Part shown: in pieces, positions 1 to 10,535 of the stretch | Layout: every line of letters begins with the position of its first letter | Position numbering within the stretch: the stretch's first letter is position 1 | From: a virus | IMG/VR virus record: IMGVR_UViG_3300020477_000001 | Span: 1-64,000 of that record | Reading direction: 5' to 3' (one strand) | Length of the DNA: 64,000 nucleotides | Made by a program: the position numbers and the translations under genes | The notes under the pieces: model-generated | Told to the model about the DNA's origin: nothing | The model's input: the letters and a program-made list of their open reading frames with translations, nothing else | The model's database searches: none

Positions 1-1
1 T

Positions 2-1951
2 ACTGGAGGAACTGGACCCGCTGGAAGCACTGGTCCAACCGGAACAACAGGGACTTCAGCGGGTCAGCTTTTAACTTGGGAAACTGCTACGGCAGATTCT
101 GATCAAGGCAACGGAAAGATTTGGGGTAACAACTCTACAGTATCTTCAATCTCGGTGCTGTACATAGACGATGTTAACGCAAATAGCGCAAATATAGAAG
201 ATTGGCTTCAGTCTTTTGACGACAGCACTACTACAGCTTTACGGGGAACTATTACGATTAATGAACTCGGTGACGCAAGTCAAACCGCTGTATTTAGTGT
301 CACCGGAGCTCTAACTGATGGCACTGGGTATTGGAAGATTCCTGTATCTCACGTAGCAAGCAACGTGGGGAGCTTGGCTGACGGAGATACCGTTGGGGTA
401 ACTTTTAGTCGTACTGGCAACATTGGAGCTACTGGCCCTACTGGCCCTACTGGACCTACTGGAGGAACTGGTCCTACTGGTTCTACTGGACCCGCTGGGC
501 CTACTGGACCTACTGGCGGAACTGGACCCGCTGGGCCTACTGGAAGTACAGGCCCAACTGGACCTACTGGACCTGCTGGCAGCGATGGCGATGATGGTAG
601 CACTGGTCCAACCGGACCTGCTGGACCCGCTGGACCTTCTGGTAGTACTGGTCCAACCGGACCTGCTGGACCTACTGGGCCTACTGGAGGAACTGGACCA
701 ACTGGACCTACTGGAAGCACTGGTCCAACCGGAACAACAGGGACTTCAGCGGGTCAGCTTTTGACTTGGGAAACTGCTACGGCAGATTCCGATCAAGGCG
801 CTGGAAAAATTTGGGGCAACAACTCTACAGTATCTTCGATCTCGGTGCTGTACGTAGACGACGTAAACGCAAATAGCGCCAATATCGAAGAGTGGATTAA
901 GATGTTTGACGATAGTACCACAACGTCTTTGCGCGGTACTATCACAATCAACGAGCTTGGTACAGCTAGTCAAACAGCGATTTTTAACGTAACAGGAGCT
1001 TTGACCGATGGTACAGGTTACTGGAAGATTCCTGTATCTCACGTAGCAAGCAACGTGGGGAGCTTGGCTGACGGAGATACCGTTGGGGTAACTTTTAGTC
1101 GTACTGGCAACATTGGAGCGACTGGACCTACTGGACCTACTGGGGGAACTGGACCCACTGGGCCTACTGGACCTGCTGGCAGCGATGGCTCTGACGGTAG
1201 CACTGGTCCAACCGGACCTGCTGGACCCGCTGGAAGCACTGGCCCAACTGGCCCAACCGGACCTGCTGGTCCCACTGGACCTAGTGGCGGTGGAGGAGGC
1301 GGAGGAATCTCTTTCGACGGAAGCACTGCTAACGGAGTATTAACTTATAAAGATTCTGATGAGGCTACAGTAGAGTCAAATTTAACTTTTGATGGTACTG
1401 ACTTAAATTTATACAAAGACGCAAACGACGCGGATGTGTCATTAAGTTTAGGTACAGCAGCCGCTGAATCTTTAACTATCGAAGTGTTGAATGGTGGTAG
1501 CAATAAAACTGCTGAAGAAGTTCATTTCTCAACTGCAACAGCATCATCAACCGCTGACCATGGTAAAATGGTATTTGATGTAGACGGTACAGACATTCTA
1601 ACGGTTGGGGATAATGGTCTCAACCTAACTGGTAACTTACACACTTCGGTTCATGATTATGGAACAACAGATAACATCGACGTTGACTTCGACCAAGACG
1701 CTCTTCAGAAAGTAACTTTAGATGGTGCTCCTGCAATTGATACAGCAGCGGCTAACAAGGGCGCAGGAAAATCAATAGTTATAAAAATTCTTTGCGACTC
1801 TTCGGCAAGGGCATTTACTTGGAATAGTAGTTGGGTATTTGTTGGTGAAAAACCAACAAGCATTGCCGCAAGCAAAACTGCATTATTGAGTATGACGTGT
1901 TTCGGTACAAACGAAACTGATGTTGTATGTAGTTATGCAGTACAGGACTAA
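2..1951 (+). CDS. Collagen-like tail fibre/virion fibre protein (5'-truncated by window edge)
   Basis: The frame is open from position 2 ([14 protein letters not shown]...), so the 155 start in the ORF track is internal. Long G-X-Y (GPT/GPA/GST) runs alternate with a duplicated globular domain, and there is a C-terminal beta-rich domain. Confidence 0.85.
   Translation, partial: TGGTGPAGSTGPTGTTGTSAGQLLTWETATADSDQGNGKIWGNNSTVSSISVLYIDDVNANSANIEDWLQSFDDSTTTALRGTITINELGDASQTAVFSVTGALTDGTGYWKIPVSHVASNVGSLADGDTVGVTFSRTGNIGATGPTGPTGPTGGTGPTGSTGPAGPTGPTGGTGPAGPTGSTGPTGPTGPAGSDGDDGSTGPTGPAGPAGPSGSTGPTGPAGPTGPTGGTGPTGPTGSTGPTGTTGTSAGQLLTWETATADSDQGAGKIWGNNSTVSSISVLYVDDVNANSANIEEWIKMFDDSTTTSLRGTITINELGTASQTAIFNVTGALTDGTGYWKIPVSHVASNVGSLADGDTVGVTFSRTGNIGATGPTGPTGGTGPTGPTGPAGSDGSDGSTGPTGPAGPAGSTGPTGPTGPAGPTGPSGGGGGGGISFDGSTANGVLTYKDSDEATVESNLTFDGTDLNLYKDANDADVSLSLGTAAAESLTIEVLNGGSNKTAEEVHFSTATASSTADHGKMVFDVDGTDILTVGDNGLNLTGNLHTSVHDYGTTDNIDVDFDQDALQKVTLDGAPAIDTAAANKGAGKSIVIKILCDSSARAFTWNSSWVFVGEKPTSIAASKTALLSMTCFGTNETDVVCSYAVQD
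21..1118 (+). repeat. Intragenic direct repeat, 690-bp period (about 21-428 vs 711-1118)
   Basis: ctggaagcactggtccaaccggaacaacagggacttcagcgggtcagc occurs at 21 and 711; ggaagattcctgtatctcacgtagcaagcaacg... recurs with the same 690-bp offset. Confidence 0.95.
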
Positions 1952-1953
1952 TC

Positions 1954-2685
1954 ATGAGTATTCATGTCCACAAGACAGGTCTAAATAAGACCACGGGACA
2001 ACAAACTGACGCTATTTATAGCACTAGTTTAATTGGAAACTTTGTTCCGTCTCAAGGAATAAATTCTACACACTGGGATAATCAAGCCGCAAGCAATGCT
2101 CTTAGAAGATTCAATAGTATAACTCACAACAATTCTACTCCTCACAATTTTCAGTTTGATGGTAGTGATGACTATTTAGGTCAAGCTTCGTCTGGTTATG
2201 GTGGAACTGCTTTCACCGTAAATATAGCTAATGCATATACTTTAGGCTGCTGGTGGAAACATAAATCTGGAGGACATAACAATGTATTTAGATTGGGAGA
2301 CTACACTAGCGGTGGGCTCATGCTTTTTATTAGGAGCGGGAGCGGAGTAGAATTATATGTAAACAACCAAGGAACTAGTAATGTCGCTCTACCCAAAGGT
2401 AACGATAAATGGTATTACCTTTCAGTAGTTCACGATGGAAGCAACAACTATACTGTTTTTATAGATGGAAGTTACGCGATATCTTTAACCAAAACTGGAG
2501 CAACAGGAACTCAAAACTTAGAGATTGGCAGATTTGACGATAGTAATTTTTCAGTAAGTGCGAGTAAGGTGGGTCACATACATGTTCATAGTGTCGCCCT
2601 AACAAATTCTCAAATCAGACAAAACATGCTAGCTTCACATGACATAAACGATGCTAGAATATACGGAGCAACTTACACAGCATGA
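1954..2685 (+). CDS. LamG/concanavalin A-like lectin domain virion protein
   Basis: FQFDGSDDY, YTLGCWWK, KWYYLSVVHDG..VFIDG, LEIGR and ALTNSQIRQN follow the LamG pattern. Confidence 0.8.
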   Translation: MSIHVHKTGLNKTTGQQTDAIYSTSLIGNFVPSQGINSTHWDNQAASNALRRFNSITHNNSTPHNFQFDGSDDYLGQASSGYGGTAFTVNIANAYTLGCWWKHKSGGHNNVFRLGDYTSGGLMLFIRSGSGVELYVNNQGTSNVALPKGNDKWYYLSVVHDGSNNYTVFIDGSYAISLTKTGATGTQNLEIGRFDDSNFSVSASKVGHIHVHSVALTNSQIRQNMLASHDINDARIYGATYTA

Positions 2686-2930
2686 ATTACGTTATTATAA
2701 AAACTGAATATTTGGAGTATGTTAACTTTTCTAAAATAAAAGAAGACAGTCCGAGTACATTAAGATATTCTTTAGATGGTAAAAAGTTTTTTGTAAAATA
2801 CGAAGGCGAACAACCAGAATTTATATACTCAATAACAAAAGACGCTATAGGCTTGGAAGAGTATAATCATGCAGAAATTATTAAAATTTTAGAGGGGCCA
2901 GAATGGACAACAGGTCACGACCCCGATTAA
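2682..2930 (+). CDS. Small phage protein (possible fibre assembly factor)
   Basis: ATGA overlap with the upstream gene. The TLRYSLDG..FFVKYEGEQP..YNHAEI..IL..PEW pattern resembles small aquatic-phage proteins I recall next to fibre genes. Confidence 0.55.
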   Translation: MNYVIIKTEYLEYVNFSKIKEDSPSTLRYSLDGKKFFVKYEGEQPEFIYSITKDAIGLEEYNHAEIIKILEGPEWTTGHDPD

Positions 2931-4534
2931 AGGTAAATGGTAAAGAAGTAGGCTTGAGAGACCTAGGTGATGGTCTGTTTGAACCTAAAAACTTTACAGT
3001 CTTAAGAGAGGTTTTTGGCGGTTATCATAACCCTAAAGGCAAAAGCGGGTTTTTTGTTGAAAATTTACCACCAATAGAAGAGCCTAAAGAATACCACAAA
3101 ATACAGAGCTTTTGTTTTGTTGTAACAGAAAATATAAAGCGCGAAGGCGCAATGATGCTCAAGAGTCTTCGTAAGTTCCACAGTCAACCCGTGTATATCA
3201 TATGTGACTTTGTTTCCAAAAGATTTCTAGCACAAGAGGGGTTAAAAGATGATACGGTGTTTTGTAAACTTACGAGTAAAGAAGAGCTAGAAAAAATAAA
3301 TCAAGAAGTTTTCAAGGATCATAAATGTATAGCTAATAATATACATCGCCCTGCTGAGATACTGAGGAAAATGGATGTTATGGAAATGGCTTTAAGGCAT
3401 CACGACAATACCTTTTTTCTCGATGCGGATATAATTGTTTTAGAAAATTTACAAGAATATTTTAGCGCTAAGATTGTCTTGTCGCCGCATTTTTATCCTA
3501 AACAATATGCTTCTCATGGGTTTGAAAATGGATTTTATAATGCTGGTTACGTATTTTGTGCATCCAAGGGTTTTCCCAAATTCTGGAAGCATATCTACTT
3601 AAACGATTCCATATTTTTCGAGCAGGAGTGCATGAATAGAATTCCAGATAGACAAATCATACAGACATTTTCTAGAGAACATAATGTCGGATTTTGGAGA
3701 AGAGGAGAAGTACCTAAACATGTAAAGTCTTTACATTTTCATATAACAGATGGAGTTGACAAGAATCGCTGCGACTCGTTAAAAAAAATGAATCAAGATA
3801 TAAAGTCTTTTGGAGTAAACCTGTTAAAAGAAAAGCATCGAGATTTATATAATTATTACCTCCGAATGACTTCCCCTAAAAAAATAGCCTTTATACATTT
3901 CGGAAAAGCTGCTGGAGTATTCGTTAATGAATACATGAAACAAAAGTGTGCTAAAAACTATGACAAGTATATGTCTCATCATGAAAATCTTAATCCTTTT
4001 AAGATATCAAATAGGGATTGGAAAAAAGACGAATTACTTGAAATAGCCGAGACAGAAAAAGAGTACGCCTATGTAACGAACCACCATATAAATTGGGACT
4101 TAGAAACAATTAAAAAGTTTAAAGAAAACGGCTGGTTTACTTTCATGTTCCTTAGAAGACCGGAAGAAGTATTGTGTTCTCTATTCCATTATAGTAAAGA
4201 AACAAAATTGACGATAAGAGGCGAAGGATTGGACCCCAACAATCTGAAAGAGATGTTTGAATTCTCCTTGGTAAACCTTGACCCAGACTTTTCCAAGCTA
4301 TGGAAAGCTCCAGATTATATAGATGAGTTAGACTACGTTGCCGAGTTTAATGATAAAAATTTCAGTGATTTTTTATTAAAATATTTTGGCGAAATCTACG
4401 AACCTACGAAACCCAGCAACGTTAGCGGGAACAAGGGATTTAAATATTACAGGGAAAGCGGAGACATAAGCGACGAGACGGCCAACAGATTTTTTGAGCA
4501 GCCAGAATATGAAAGGTATTTAAGGTATTTATGA
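2903..4534 (+). CDS. GT-A glycosyltransferase fused to a sulfotransferase-like domain
   Basis: DxD motif FFLDADII, plus YNAGYVF and FEQECM (GT8/nucleotide-diphospho-sugar transferase-like). C-terminal AFIHFGKAAG and FMFLRRPEEVLCSLFHY resemble sulfotransferase PAPS-binding motifs. Confidence 0.7.
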   Translation: MDNRSRPRLKVNGKEVGLRDLGDGLFEPKNFTVLREVFGGYHNPKGKSGFFVENLPPIEEPKEYHKIQSFCFVVTENIKREGAMMLKSLRKFHSQPVYIICDFVSKRFLAQEGLKDDTVFCKLTSKEELEKINQEVFKDHKCIANNIHRPAEILRKMDVMEMALRHHDNTFFLDADIIVLENLQEYFSAKIVLSPHFYPKQYASHGFENGFYNAGYVFCASKGFPKFWKHIYLNDSIFFEQECMNRIPDRQIIQTFSREHNVGFWRRGEVPKHVKSLHFHITDGVDKNRCDSLKKMNQDIKSFGVNLLKEKHRDLYNYYLRMTSPKKIAFIHFGKAAGVFVNEYMKQKCAKNYDKYMSHHENLNPFKISNRDWKKDELLEIAETEKEYAYVTNHHINWDLETIKKFKENGWFTFMFLRRPEEVLCSLFHYSKETKLTIRGEGLDPNNLKEMFEFSLVNLDPDFSKLWKAPDYIDELDYVAEFNDKNFSDFLLKYFGEIYEPTKPSNVSGNKGFKYYRESGDISDETANRFFEQPEYERYLRYL

Positions 4535-5187
4535 ATGAGGAAGGTCTAAAACGACATTTAACTCCCTTTGTTAACTTAATTAAAGAGTCTGGTGTTGATT
4601 ATTTTTGGATAGCTGGCGGAGCCATAAGGGATTATTTCGTAACAGGAGGAAATACTCCAAAAGACTTAGATATTTGGTTTCCAGATAAAGAAAATAGGAA
4701 CAAGGTTATAAAATACTTAAAATTAATTGGATTCAAAAGTATTAGCTATTTGCCTAGAGATCGCGGAGAGACTTTTAGCTTAATTAAAGAGTTAGTTCCA
4801 AAAAAATATATCCACTTAGCTAAAGGTTCGAAGCACAAATATCATTCAATGGACATAGGGTGTTGGGATGGATTATCGGCGGGATGTCATGAATTAACCA
4901 AAACGCCTCAAGAGTGTATTGACAAATTTGCCTACACTATTGAGATGGCGGCTCTCGATAGTTGCAATAAATTCATTTGCCATCCAGATTATAAGCATCA
5001 TATATCAAAAAGTATATTAGTTATTAAAGCTAAACAAGACTCTTTTCCACGGGCAGACAATAAAAGATTATTAAAATACATAGAAGGCGGATTCACCATA
5101 GATCAAGAAAATCTACTTCTATGGTTAAAAAATCAAGAGGGGTCATTTGAGTATAGGCGAAAAATCAATCAAGATAAGAAAAAATAG
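4531..5187 (+). CDS. tRNA nucleotidyltransferase/poly(A) polymerase head-domain protein
   Basis: WIAGGAIRDYF...PKDLDIWF is a class II nucleotidyltransferase signature; KFAYTI replaces the usual RDFTIN-type motif. Confidence 0.75.
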   Translation: MNEEGLKRHLTPFVNLIKESGVDYFWIAGGAIRDYFVTGGNTPKDLDIWFPDKENRNKVIKYLKLIGFKSISYLPRDRGETFSLIKELVPKKYIHLAKGSKHKYHSMDIGCWDGLSAGCHELTKTPQECIDKFAYTIEMAALDSCNKFICHPDYKHHISKSILVIKAKQDSFPRADNKRLLKYIEGGFTIDQENLLLWLKNQEGSFEYRRKINQDKKK

Positions 5188-5196
5188 TGTAATATA
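5187..5196 (+). promoter_or_regulatory. Putative phage late promoter GTGTAATA
   Basis: Motif 13 nt upstream of the ATG at 5208; recurs upstream of the 7761, 11595 and 63232(-) starts. Confidence 0.6.
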
Positions 5197-5207
5197 GAAC
5201 GAGTATT

Positions 5208-5714
5208 ATGAAGATTGTAGATATAGCGGACGAAATTTTCCAAGAGCTAAACGAGGCTAGTAATATTTCTATTCCTGCCATCGCTTTCTGGCTGCGTAAT
5301 AACGTTGGAGCCTTAAATAGCTTTATTAATACTACTTATAACGTAGACTCCACCACATATGAATTAAACGATAGCGATTCTGTGGAAATAGGAGAAAATG
5401 AAAAAGCCATCTTAAAAAAGATGTATTTCGTGCATTATTATGATCTTAAAATCAGAGAAAATATAATCAATATTAGCTCTGATAGTGTAATTTCTGTTTC
5501 TGACGACGGCTCAAGCGTAACTAAAATAAATAAAAACGAAATCACAAAGGCATTGAGTCAAATCAAAAGACAAGAATACGATCAATTGCAAGACTTGATT
5601 AATGCTTATAAATTAGACAAATCGTCACCGATGCAGGTCGCTGGCGACGATACTGAGATAGGCTCTAAGCTAAACTATCTTGGTTCGAATGAGTTTAATC
5701 GTTCTAAGATGTAA
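5208..5714 (+). CDS. Putative head-tail adaptor/neck protein
   Basis: First gene of the neck-to-tail-tube cluster; helical with a SVSDDGSSVTK hairpin like those in adaptor proteins. The call rests on gene order. Confidence 0.5.
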   Translation: MKIVDIADEIFQELNEASNISIPAIAFWLRNNVGALNSFINTTYNVDSTTYELNDSDSVEIGENEKAILKKMYFVHYYDLKIRENIINISSDSVISVSDDGSSVTKINKNEITKALSQIKRQEYDQLQDLINAYKLDKSSPMQVAGDDTEIGSKLNYLGSNEFNRSKM

Positions 5715-5720
5715 TCGCAC

Positions 5721-6164
5721 ATGCCTAGCCTACTTACAAGTTCGGAGAAAGCGAATCTCACTGGCATACTCGGTGATGTATACGATACTTTCTCCAGAGA
5801 GATTGTGGTTTACAAGGAGCCCACAAAAAAAGTAACTACGATAGACGAGAGTTTTCTTTACGGCTACGAGGATGTTTCTAATATCGTAAATTATAACTAC
5901 ATTCCTCAGTCTGGTAAATTTGACGCGACTGTAAAATATAACCTAAACCAAGACACTTCCGATGATATAAACATAAACGGTGCATCGATAAGCGAAGGAA
6001 TGGTTAGGATTAAGGTTAGAGAAGACTGCAAGGATTACATAGAAGACGGCACAACAGAGAAGATAGTTTTTGATGGGGCTAGTTTCAATGTGGCTACTGA
6101 TTATGCAGTTAAAAACTTTTTAGGTTCTGTGTTTTACGTTTATTACTTAGAAAGGACGAAGTAA
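5721..6164 (+). CDS. Putative head closure (stopper) protein
   Basis: Small beta-rich protein (KIVFDGASFNV...YVYYLER) in the canonical position after the adaptor. Confidence 0.5.
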   Translation: MPSLLTSSEKANLTGILGDVYDTFSREIVVYKEPTKKVTTIDESFLYGYEDVSNIVNYNYIPQSGKFDATVKYNLNQDTSDDININGASISEGMVRIKVREDCKDYIEDGTTEKIVFDGASFNVATDYAVKNFLGSVFYVYYLERTK

Positions 6165-6817
6165 TGGCTGTAAAACTAAACTTAAAATCAATTGGTAACA
6201 AGGTCGCTGAGTCAAGAAAGTTTGCTGACTTTTCAAAACAAAAAGTAAAAGCAGCAGTAGATAACGTGGCTAAAGCAGCTTTAAGAGAATTCGATACCCA
6301 CCCAGTTACCTTGGAGCTTAAATGGGAATTGGCGGGCAACATGTCAAATACTTTAAGCGGAAAAGGCAACCTATATACGTTCATAGGTTTTCCAGAAGGT
6401 AGTAATCCCACTGAAGATGTAAGAGCTACGCTATATTCCACTATACAGTTCGTAAAAATGAGCGCAAAATCTTTAAAAGGAGGAAAAGTGCAAGTTGACT
6501 CCAAAATAAAAATTCCTTCTAAAACTCTGGCTGACTTTGATGAAGTCGCTGATATGCCTTGGCAAGGGGGTAGTTGGGTTAAAGGAATAGAAAGCGGAAT
6601 AAGTGGATTTGGTTCTTATATTTATTGGAAAACAGCGGGCCGATCTGGCGCAGGTATACAAGCGAAAAAGAAAGGCTCTCAGTCGCCTCAAACGCTAAGA
6701 GGAGGAAGCTTTACTCCTGTTCGCTACCTTTCAGAAATTATAGATAACTTAACTAAAAACATAAAAAAAGCAAAAACTTTCGACGCTTCAGTTAAGAAAG
6801 ACTTAAAGGGATACTAG
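6164..6817 (+). CDS. Putative tail completion/neck protein
   Basis: Basic protein between the putative stopper and terminator genes; TAATG overlap with the upstream stop. Confidence 0.45.
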   Translation: MAVKLNLKSIGNKVAESRKFADFSKQKVKAAVDNVAKAALREFDTHPVTLELKWELAGNMSNTLSGKGNLYTFIGFPEGSNPTEDVRATLYSTIQFVKMSAKSLKGGKVQVDSKIKIPSKTLADFDEVADMPWQGGSWVKGIESGISGFGSYIYWKTAGRSGAGIQAKKKGSQSPQTLRGGSFTPVRYLSEIIDNLTKNIKKAKTFDASVKKDLKGY

Positions 6818-7669
6818 ATGAAGGTACAGCTTGAAAATAAGTTAATGAGTAGCCTTCTTTTGTATGTAGATCACTACGTACTCAAGAAAGGAGAAGCTTT
6901 TACCAATACGACTAGTCAGCTTTACAGCATTGGAAACGAATATAGTGGCTACCATTCTTACGCTACTCCGTACAAACAAATAGTTGCGGACACCTCAATC
7001 GCTGGAATAAACGTTCTTAGTGGAGTCAGTTACGATGGAACTTTCTACGGTACTGGAACTAGTGCACCCGGTTTACATTCGGTAAATCATTACAACGGAC
7101 AATTTTATCTTTCTCAAAACGTTGATGATTCTTTGCTTTCTGCCACGTACTCCGTAAAAGATTTCAACGTAAACTTAACTGCAAAACCAGAATCAGAATT
7201 GCTTTTTGAGACTAAATTTAATCTTAAGCCCAGAGTCAATCAGACAGTAACTGGACTAGCCGACAATCAGCAAACCTATCCTGCTATTTTTCTTAAAAAT
7301 TTAGGAGGAACAAATCAACCTTTTGCGTTCGGTGGGCAAGAAAATAGTGTATATAATATTAGAAATATAATTTTATCTGACTCGGCGTTTAATTTAGACG
7401 CCGTAGTTCAAATACTAAGGGACAGGGGTAGAGACCACGTACCGATTATAGAACAGAGCGAATTGCCTTTTAATGCTCTTGGAGGGGCAGTTTCTGGATA
7501 TAATTACGAGGACTTAATTAAGGATAAAGCAGGAGATAGTCTCGCGTACATCTCGAATGTAAGCGTATCTAAGGATTTAGGCGGAAATTTGGTTAATAAC
7601 ATAAATCCGAATGTTTACTCTGCCTTTGTTAATTATGAGATAGAAGTAATAAGGTATCCAAGAGCTTAA
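6818..7669 (+). CDS. Putative tail terminator protein
   Basis: Immediately upstream of the tail tube gene; YPAIFL..GG.NQPFAFGG motif. The call rests mainly on gene order. Confidence 0.5.
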   Translation: MKVQLENKLMSSLLLYVDHYVLKKGEAFTNTTSQLYSIGNEYSGYHSYATPYKQIVADTSIAGINVLSGVSYDGTFYGTGTSAPGLHSVNHYNGQFYLSQNVDDSLLSATYSVKDFNVNLTAKPESELLFETKFNLKPRVNQTVTGLADNQQTYPAIFLKNLGGTNQPFAFGGQENSVYNIRNIILSDSAFNLDAVVQILRDRGRDHVPIIEQSELPFNALGGAVSGYNYEDLIKDKAGDSLAYISNVSVSKDLGGNLVNNINPNVYSAFVNYEIEVIRYPRA

Positions 7670-7726
7670 TTTTTGGGATTTTTTTTTATTTTTTATAGAA
7701 ATAATTTCTCAATAAACTTAAATTAA

Positions 7727-7733
7727 TGTAATA
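7727..7733 (+). promoter_or_regulatory. Putative phage late promoter TGTAATA
   Basis: In an AT-rich intergenic gap upstream of an AGGAG ribosome-binding site and the ATG at 7761. Confidence 0.55.
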
Positions 7734-7760
7734 ATAACTACATAGACAGGAGTTAAAACT

Positions 7761-9068
7761 ATGGCTAATACAAGAAAAAGAGTATTTTATCAAAGTGAAA
7801 ACTTGCATGTGGCTCCATCTGGCTCTACTAACGGCAACTTAGCCGCTGGTGAAGTTACCCAGATTCACCGTGTGCAAAGTATCAATTACAGTTTTGAAGT
7901 AACCAGAACCGATGTTAACCAATTCGGTCAGTTGGCTGCTATTGACAGAGTTATTGTTGAGCAGCCATCTGTTAGCTTGGACTTCAACTACTACCCCACA
8001 ACTGGTGGCGAGGAATCCGGTATCGGATTGAGACTCGGCACTGGTATCAGTGCTGTTACCAGCATTATTGATGGTAAAGCAGACACAAAGAGTTACTACG
8101 TATTTACTGCCCCAGAAGGTAAAGATGCGAACATCGACTTCGATGACGTTGGTACGCTCGCGGGCGGTTCCGATGGTGACGCAGTTAATGTTGTATCTGG
8201 TGGCGATGCAGACGGAACTTCTGAGGTTGCTGGTGATATTGGTGTCATCGCTCTCGGTAACTGCTTCTTGACTTCTTACAGTGCCGAAGGTTCTGTTGGT
8301 GAGTTCTTGAGTGCTTCCGTTAACGTAGAAGCCTTGAACATGCTGTTCGACTCTAACCCGAATACGGTAACTAACCCGACTGTAAACGTAGAGAACGGAA
8401 CACTTTCTCAATACTCGTCTGCAAATATCGAGATTCCAAACGAGCGTTTCGGAACTACCACGGGTGCTGCGGATCAACCTGCTGCTCTTCGTCATGGTGA
8501 CATTAGCTTGCACAATGCTGTTGCTGGTAGTATCAGCAACTACAATGACATTGTTTCTGGTCATGCGTTTGGAGATATGAAGGTTCAGAACTTCAGCTTC
8601 TCGTTTGACCTAGGTCGTGAAGACTTACAGCGTCTCGGAAGTAAGTTCGCCTTTGCTAAGGTAATTGAGTTCCCAGCTACTGCGACTCTTGATTTGTCTG
8701 CTGTTGTTGGCGTTTACTCAAGTTCCAGTACTGACGTTGCTACTTCTGATGCCCGTAACCCGATCTTCGGTGTTCATGGCTTCTTGGAAGATGACTCGAA
8801 TAAAGCTAACTTAGCGGTTCTCTGCCACAAGCCAAATTCGGCTGGAGTTGCTGCGACTGCGACTAGTTTGACGCATGACGACAATAAGGGCAACATCGGT
8901 ATGTACTACGCGATTCATGGCGCAAAATTGGATAGTCAATCCTTCTCCTCCTCGATTGGAGACAGTAAGTCGGTTGACTTGTCCTTCTCGACGCAAATCG
9001 GTGGACCTACTGACCAAGTTAATGGTATTAGAGTAGCGAACGGTAAATTGCTCGATAACGGAGCATAA
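7761..9068 (+). CDS. Major tail tube protein
   Basis: Beta-rich with RVQSINYSFEVTRTDVNQFG and VQNFSFSFDLGREDLQRLG (internal duplication); strong RBS; followed by a terminator, then chaperones and the TMP. Confidence 0.75.
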   Translation: MANTRKRVFYQSENLHVAPSGSTNGNLAAGEVTQIHRVQSINYSFEVTRTDVNQFGQLAAIDRVIVEQPSVSLDFNYYPTTGGEESGIGLRLGTGISAVTSIIDGKADTKSYYVFTAPEGKDANIDFDDVGTLAGGSDGDAVNVVSGGDADGTSEVAGDIGVIALGNCFLTSYSAEGSVGEFLSASVNVEALNMLFDSNPNTVTNPTVNVENGTLSQYSSANIEIPNERFGTTTGAADQPAALRHGDISLHNAVAGSISNYNDIVSGHAFGDMKVQNFSFSFDLGREDLQRLGSKFAFAKVIEFPATATLDLSAVVGVYSSSSTDVATSDARNPIFGVHGFLEDDSNKANLAVLCHKPNSAGVAATATSLTHDDNKGNIGMYYAIHGAKLDSQSFSSSIGDSKSVDLSFSTQIGGPTDQVNGIRVANGKLLDNGA

Positions 9069-9098
9069 ATCAGTTCCTCCTAAATTGATAGAGTACTT

Positions 9099-9127
9099 AA
9101 ACCCCCCTCGTAAGAGGGGGGTTTTTA
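9099..9127 (+). terminator. Rho-independent terminator
   Basis: Perfect hairpin aaacccccctc-gtaa-gaggggggttt followed by a T-rich tract, just after the tail tube gene. Confidence 0.9.
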
Positions 9128-9175
9128 TTTGATTTATTTTTATATTTGTAGTATACCTTTTTTAAGGGAAAAGGT

Positions 9176-9553
9176 ATGCCAGACGAAAACAAGAAGGACG
9201 TAAAAACATACGTTCAATTTCAGCTTCATCGCAATGTAATTAAACTTTATAAAAGTTTATTTACTGTTGTGGACGATATGATTCAAGAACAAGAGTCCTT
9301 GATAAAGAACGTTAAGGACGTTCATGGTATAGATATCAGCAACTTGGATTACCTTAATAAAGACAAAAAACAATCGATAAGGAAAAAGATACTAGACGCT
9401 GGAAATGATACCTTGAGAGACTTAGATAAAAATTTTGAACTCATTGACATCACATTACAATCTGATAAACTTAATTTATTAAAATTTACTAAAGCCGTTA
9501 AAATAGAAGAAAAAACGGGTGGTAACTTTAAGGTAAAAGGACAAATTCTATAA
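9176..9553 (+). CDS. Hypothetical protein (tail region)
   Basis: 125-aa ORF preceded by a TGTAGTATA variant motif and a purine-rich leader. Confidence 0.6.
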   Translation: MPDENKKDVKTYVQFQLHRNVIKLYKSLFTVVDDMIQEQESLIKNVKDVHGIDISNLDYLNKDKKQSIRKKILDAGNDTLRDLDKNFELIDITLQSDKLNLLKFTKAVKIEEKTGGNFKVKGQIL

Positions 9554-10516
9554 ATGAATACTCTGTATAAATTCGATGTTATTCGAAACATCACTTCAAA
9601 GTACGAAGAAAAATCCAAAAATGACGAAGGTGAGGAAGTAACCGTCACCAAAACAAAGTCTGAAAAAAAGCCCGTAAAGCTGGTAATTCGTAAACCAAAC
9701 AGAAGGCTCTATGAAGACGGAGAGTTGTTTTACGCGGTAAAACTTGGCGAAGGTATTAAGGCTGGCCTTTTAACAAAGGCTTTCATCGTTAAGAAATTCC
9801 AAAATGCAATGGAAGAAAAAGATGAAAACAGGGAAAGGAAAGAATACGCCGAGCTTTACTACAAACTCCTTAAAGAACAGGAAGAGTTAGAAAAACTAAG
9901 GCTTAATCTAGACAATGAGGACGAAGAGTACCGCAGTAAAAAAGCTGCTGAATGTGTAGCTAATATTCAATCTACTCAATCCAAAATCCAAGAGTATGAG
10001 CTAGCTCAAAACAACCTCTTTGATCAAACCGCCGAAAAGAGAGCTCAAAACCAGACAATTATGTGGTGGGTTCTGCATACTGCTTATTATGATCAAGACG
10101 AAAACGGCAATTATGAGCCAGTGTTCGGAGACGGAGACTACGATAAAAGAATCGAGGAATACGATAGACTCGAAGAAAAGAATGACCCTTTCTGGACTGA
10201 GGTGGTTAAAAAGTATGCTTATTTTGTTACCTTTTGGTACTTGAATGGAGTTAATAGTCAAGATCAGTTTGACGAGGTCGCAAACATGTTCTCTCGTGAC
10301 AACTTTGAGGAAAGTTTGGGCGAAGAAAAGACCGATTCCGAGGGTTCTGAGGAGGCTGAAAAGAAAGAAGAGTCAGAGCCAGAAGAAACCAAAACTGAAG
10401 AAAAATCAGAAGAGGAAACCAAGGAAGAGGCTCCTGCCAAAAAAGCAAAGACCAAGGCTAAAAGAGGCAGAAAGAAAAAGACGGAAACACCACCTTCCGA
10501 AGAATCTTCTTCGTAA
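9554..10516 (+). CDS. Putative tail assembly chaperone
   Basis: Between tail tube and TMP; coiled coil with an acidic then Lys-rich low-complexity C-terminus. Confidence 0.55.
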   Translation: MNTLYKFDVIRNITSKYEEKSKNDEGEEVTVTKTKSEKKPVKLVIRKPNRRLYEDGELFYAVKLGEGIKAGLLTKAFIVKKFQNAMEEKDENRERKEYAELYYKLLKEQEELEKLRLNLDNEDEEYRSKKAAECVANIQSTQSKIQEYELAQNNLFDQTAEKRAQNQTIMWWVLHTAYYDQDENGNYEPVFGDGDYDKRIEEYDRLEEKNDPFWTEVVKKYAYFVTFWYLNGVNSQDQFDEVANMFSRDNFEESLGEEKTDSEGSEEAEKKEESEPEETKTEEKSEEETKEEAPAKKAKTKAKRGRKKKTETPPSEESSS

Positions 10517-10535
10517 TTTAACGAAGAGGTAAACA

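Noticed and set aside
420-720. CRISPR array or diversity-generating retroelement repeats
   Set aside because: The repeats are 9-nt collagen codon units without unique spacers. Differences between the 690-bp copies are not adenine-specific, and no reverse transcriptase is present.
349-1343. Antisense and alternate-frame ORFs (PVGPVG or LLDLL-rich)
   Set aside because: They are shadows of the collagen G-X-Y codon repeats.
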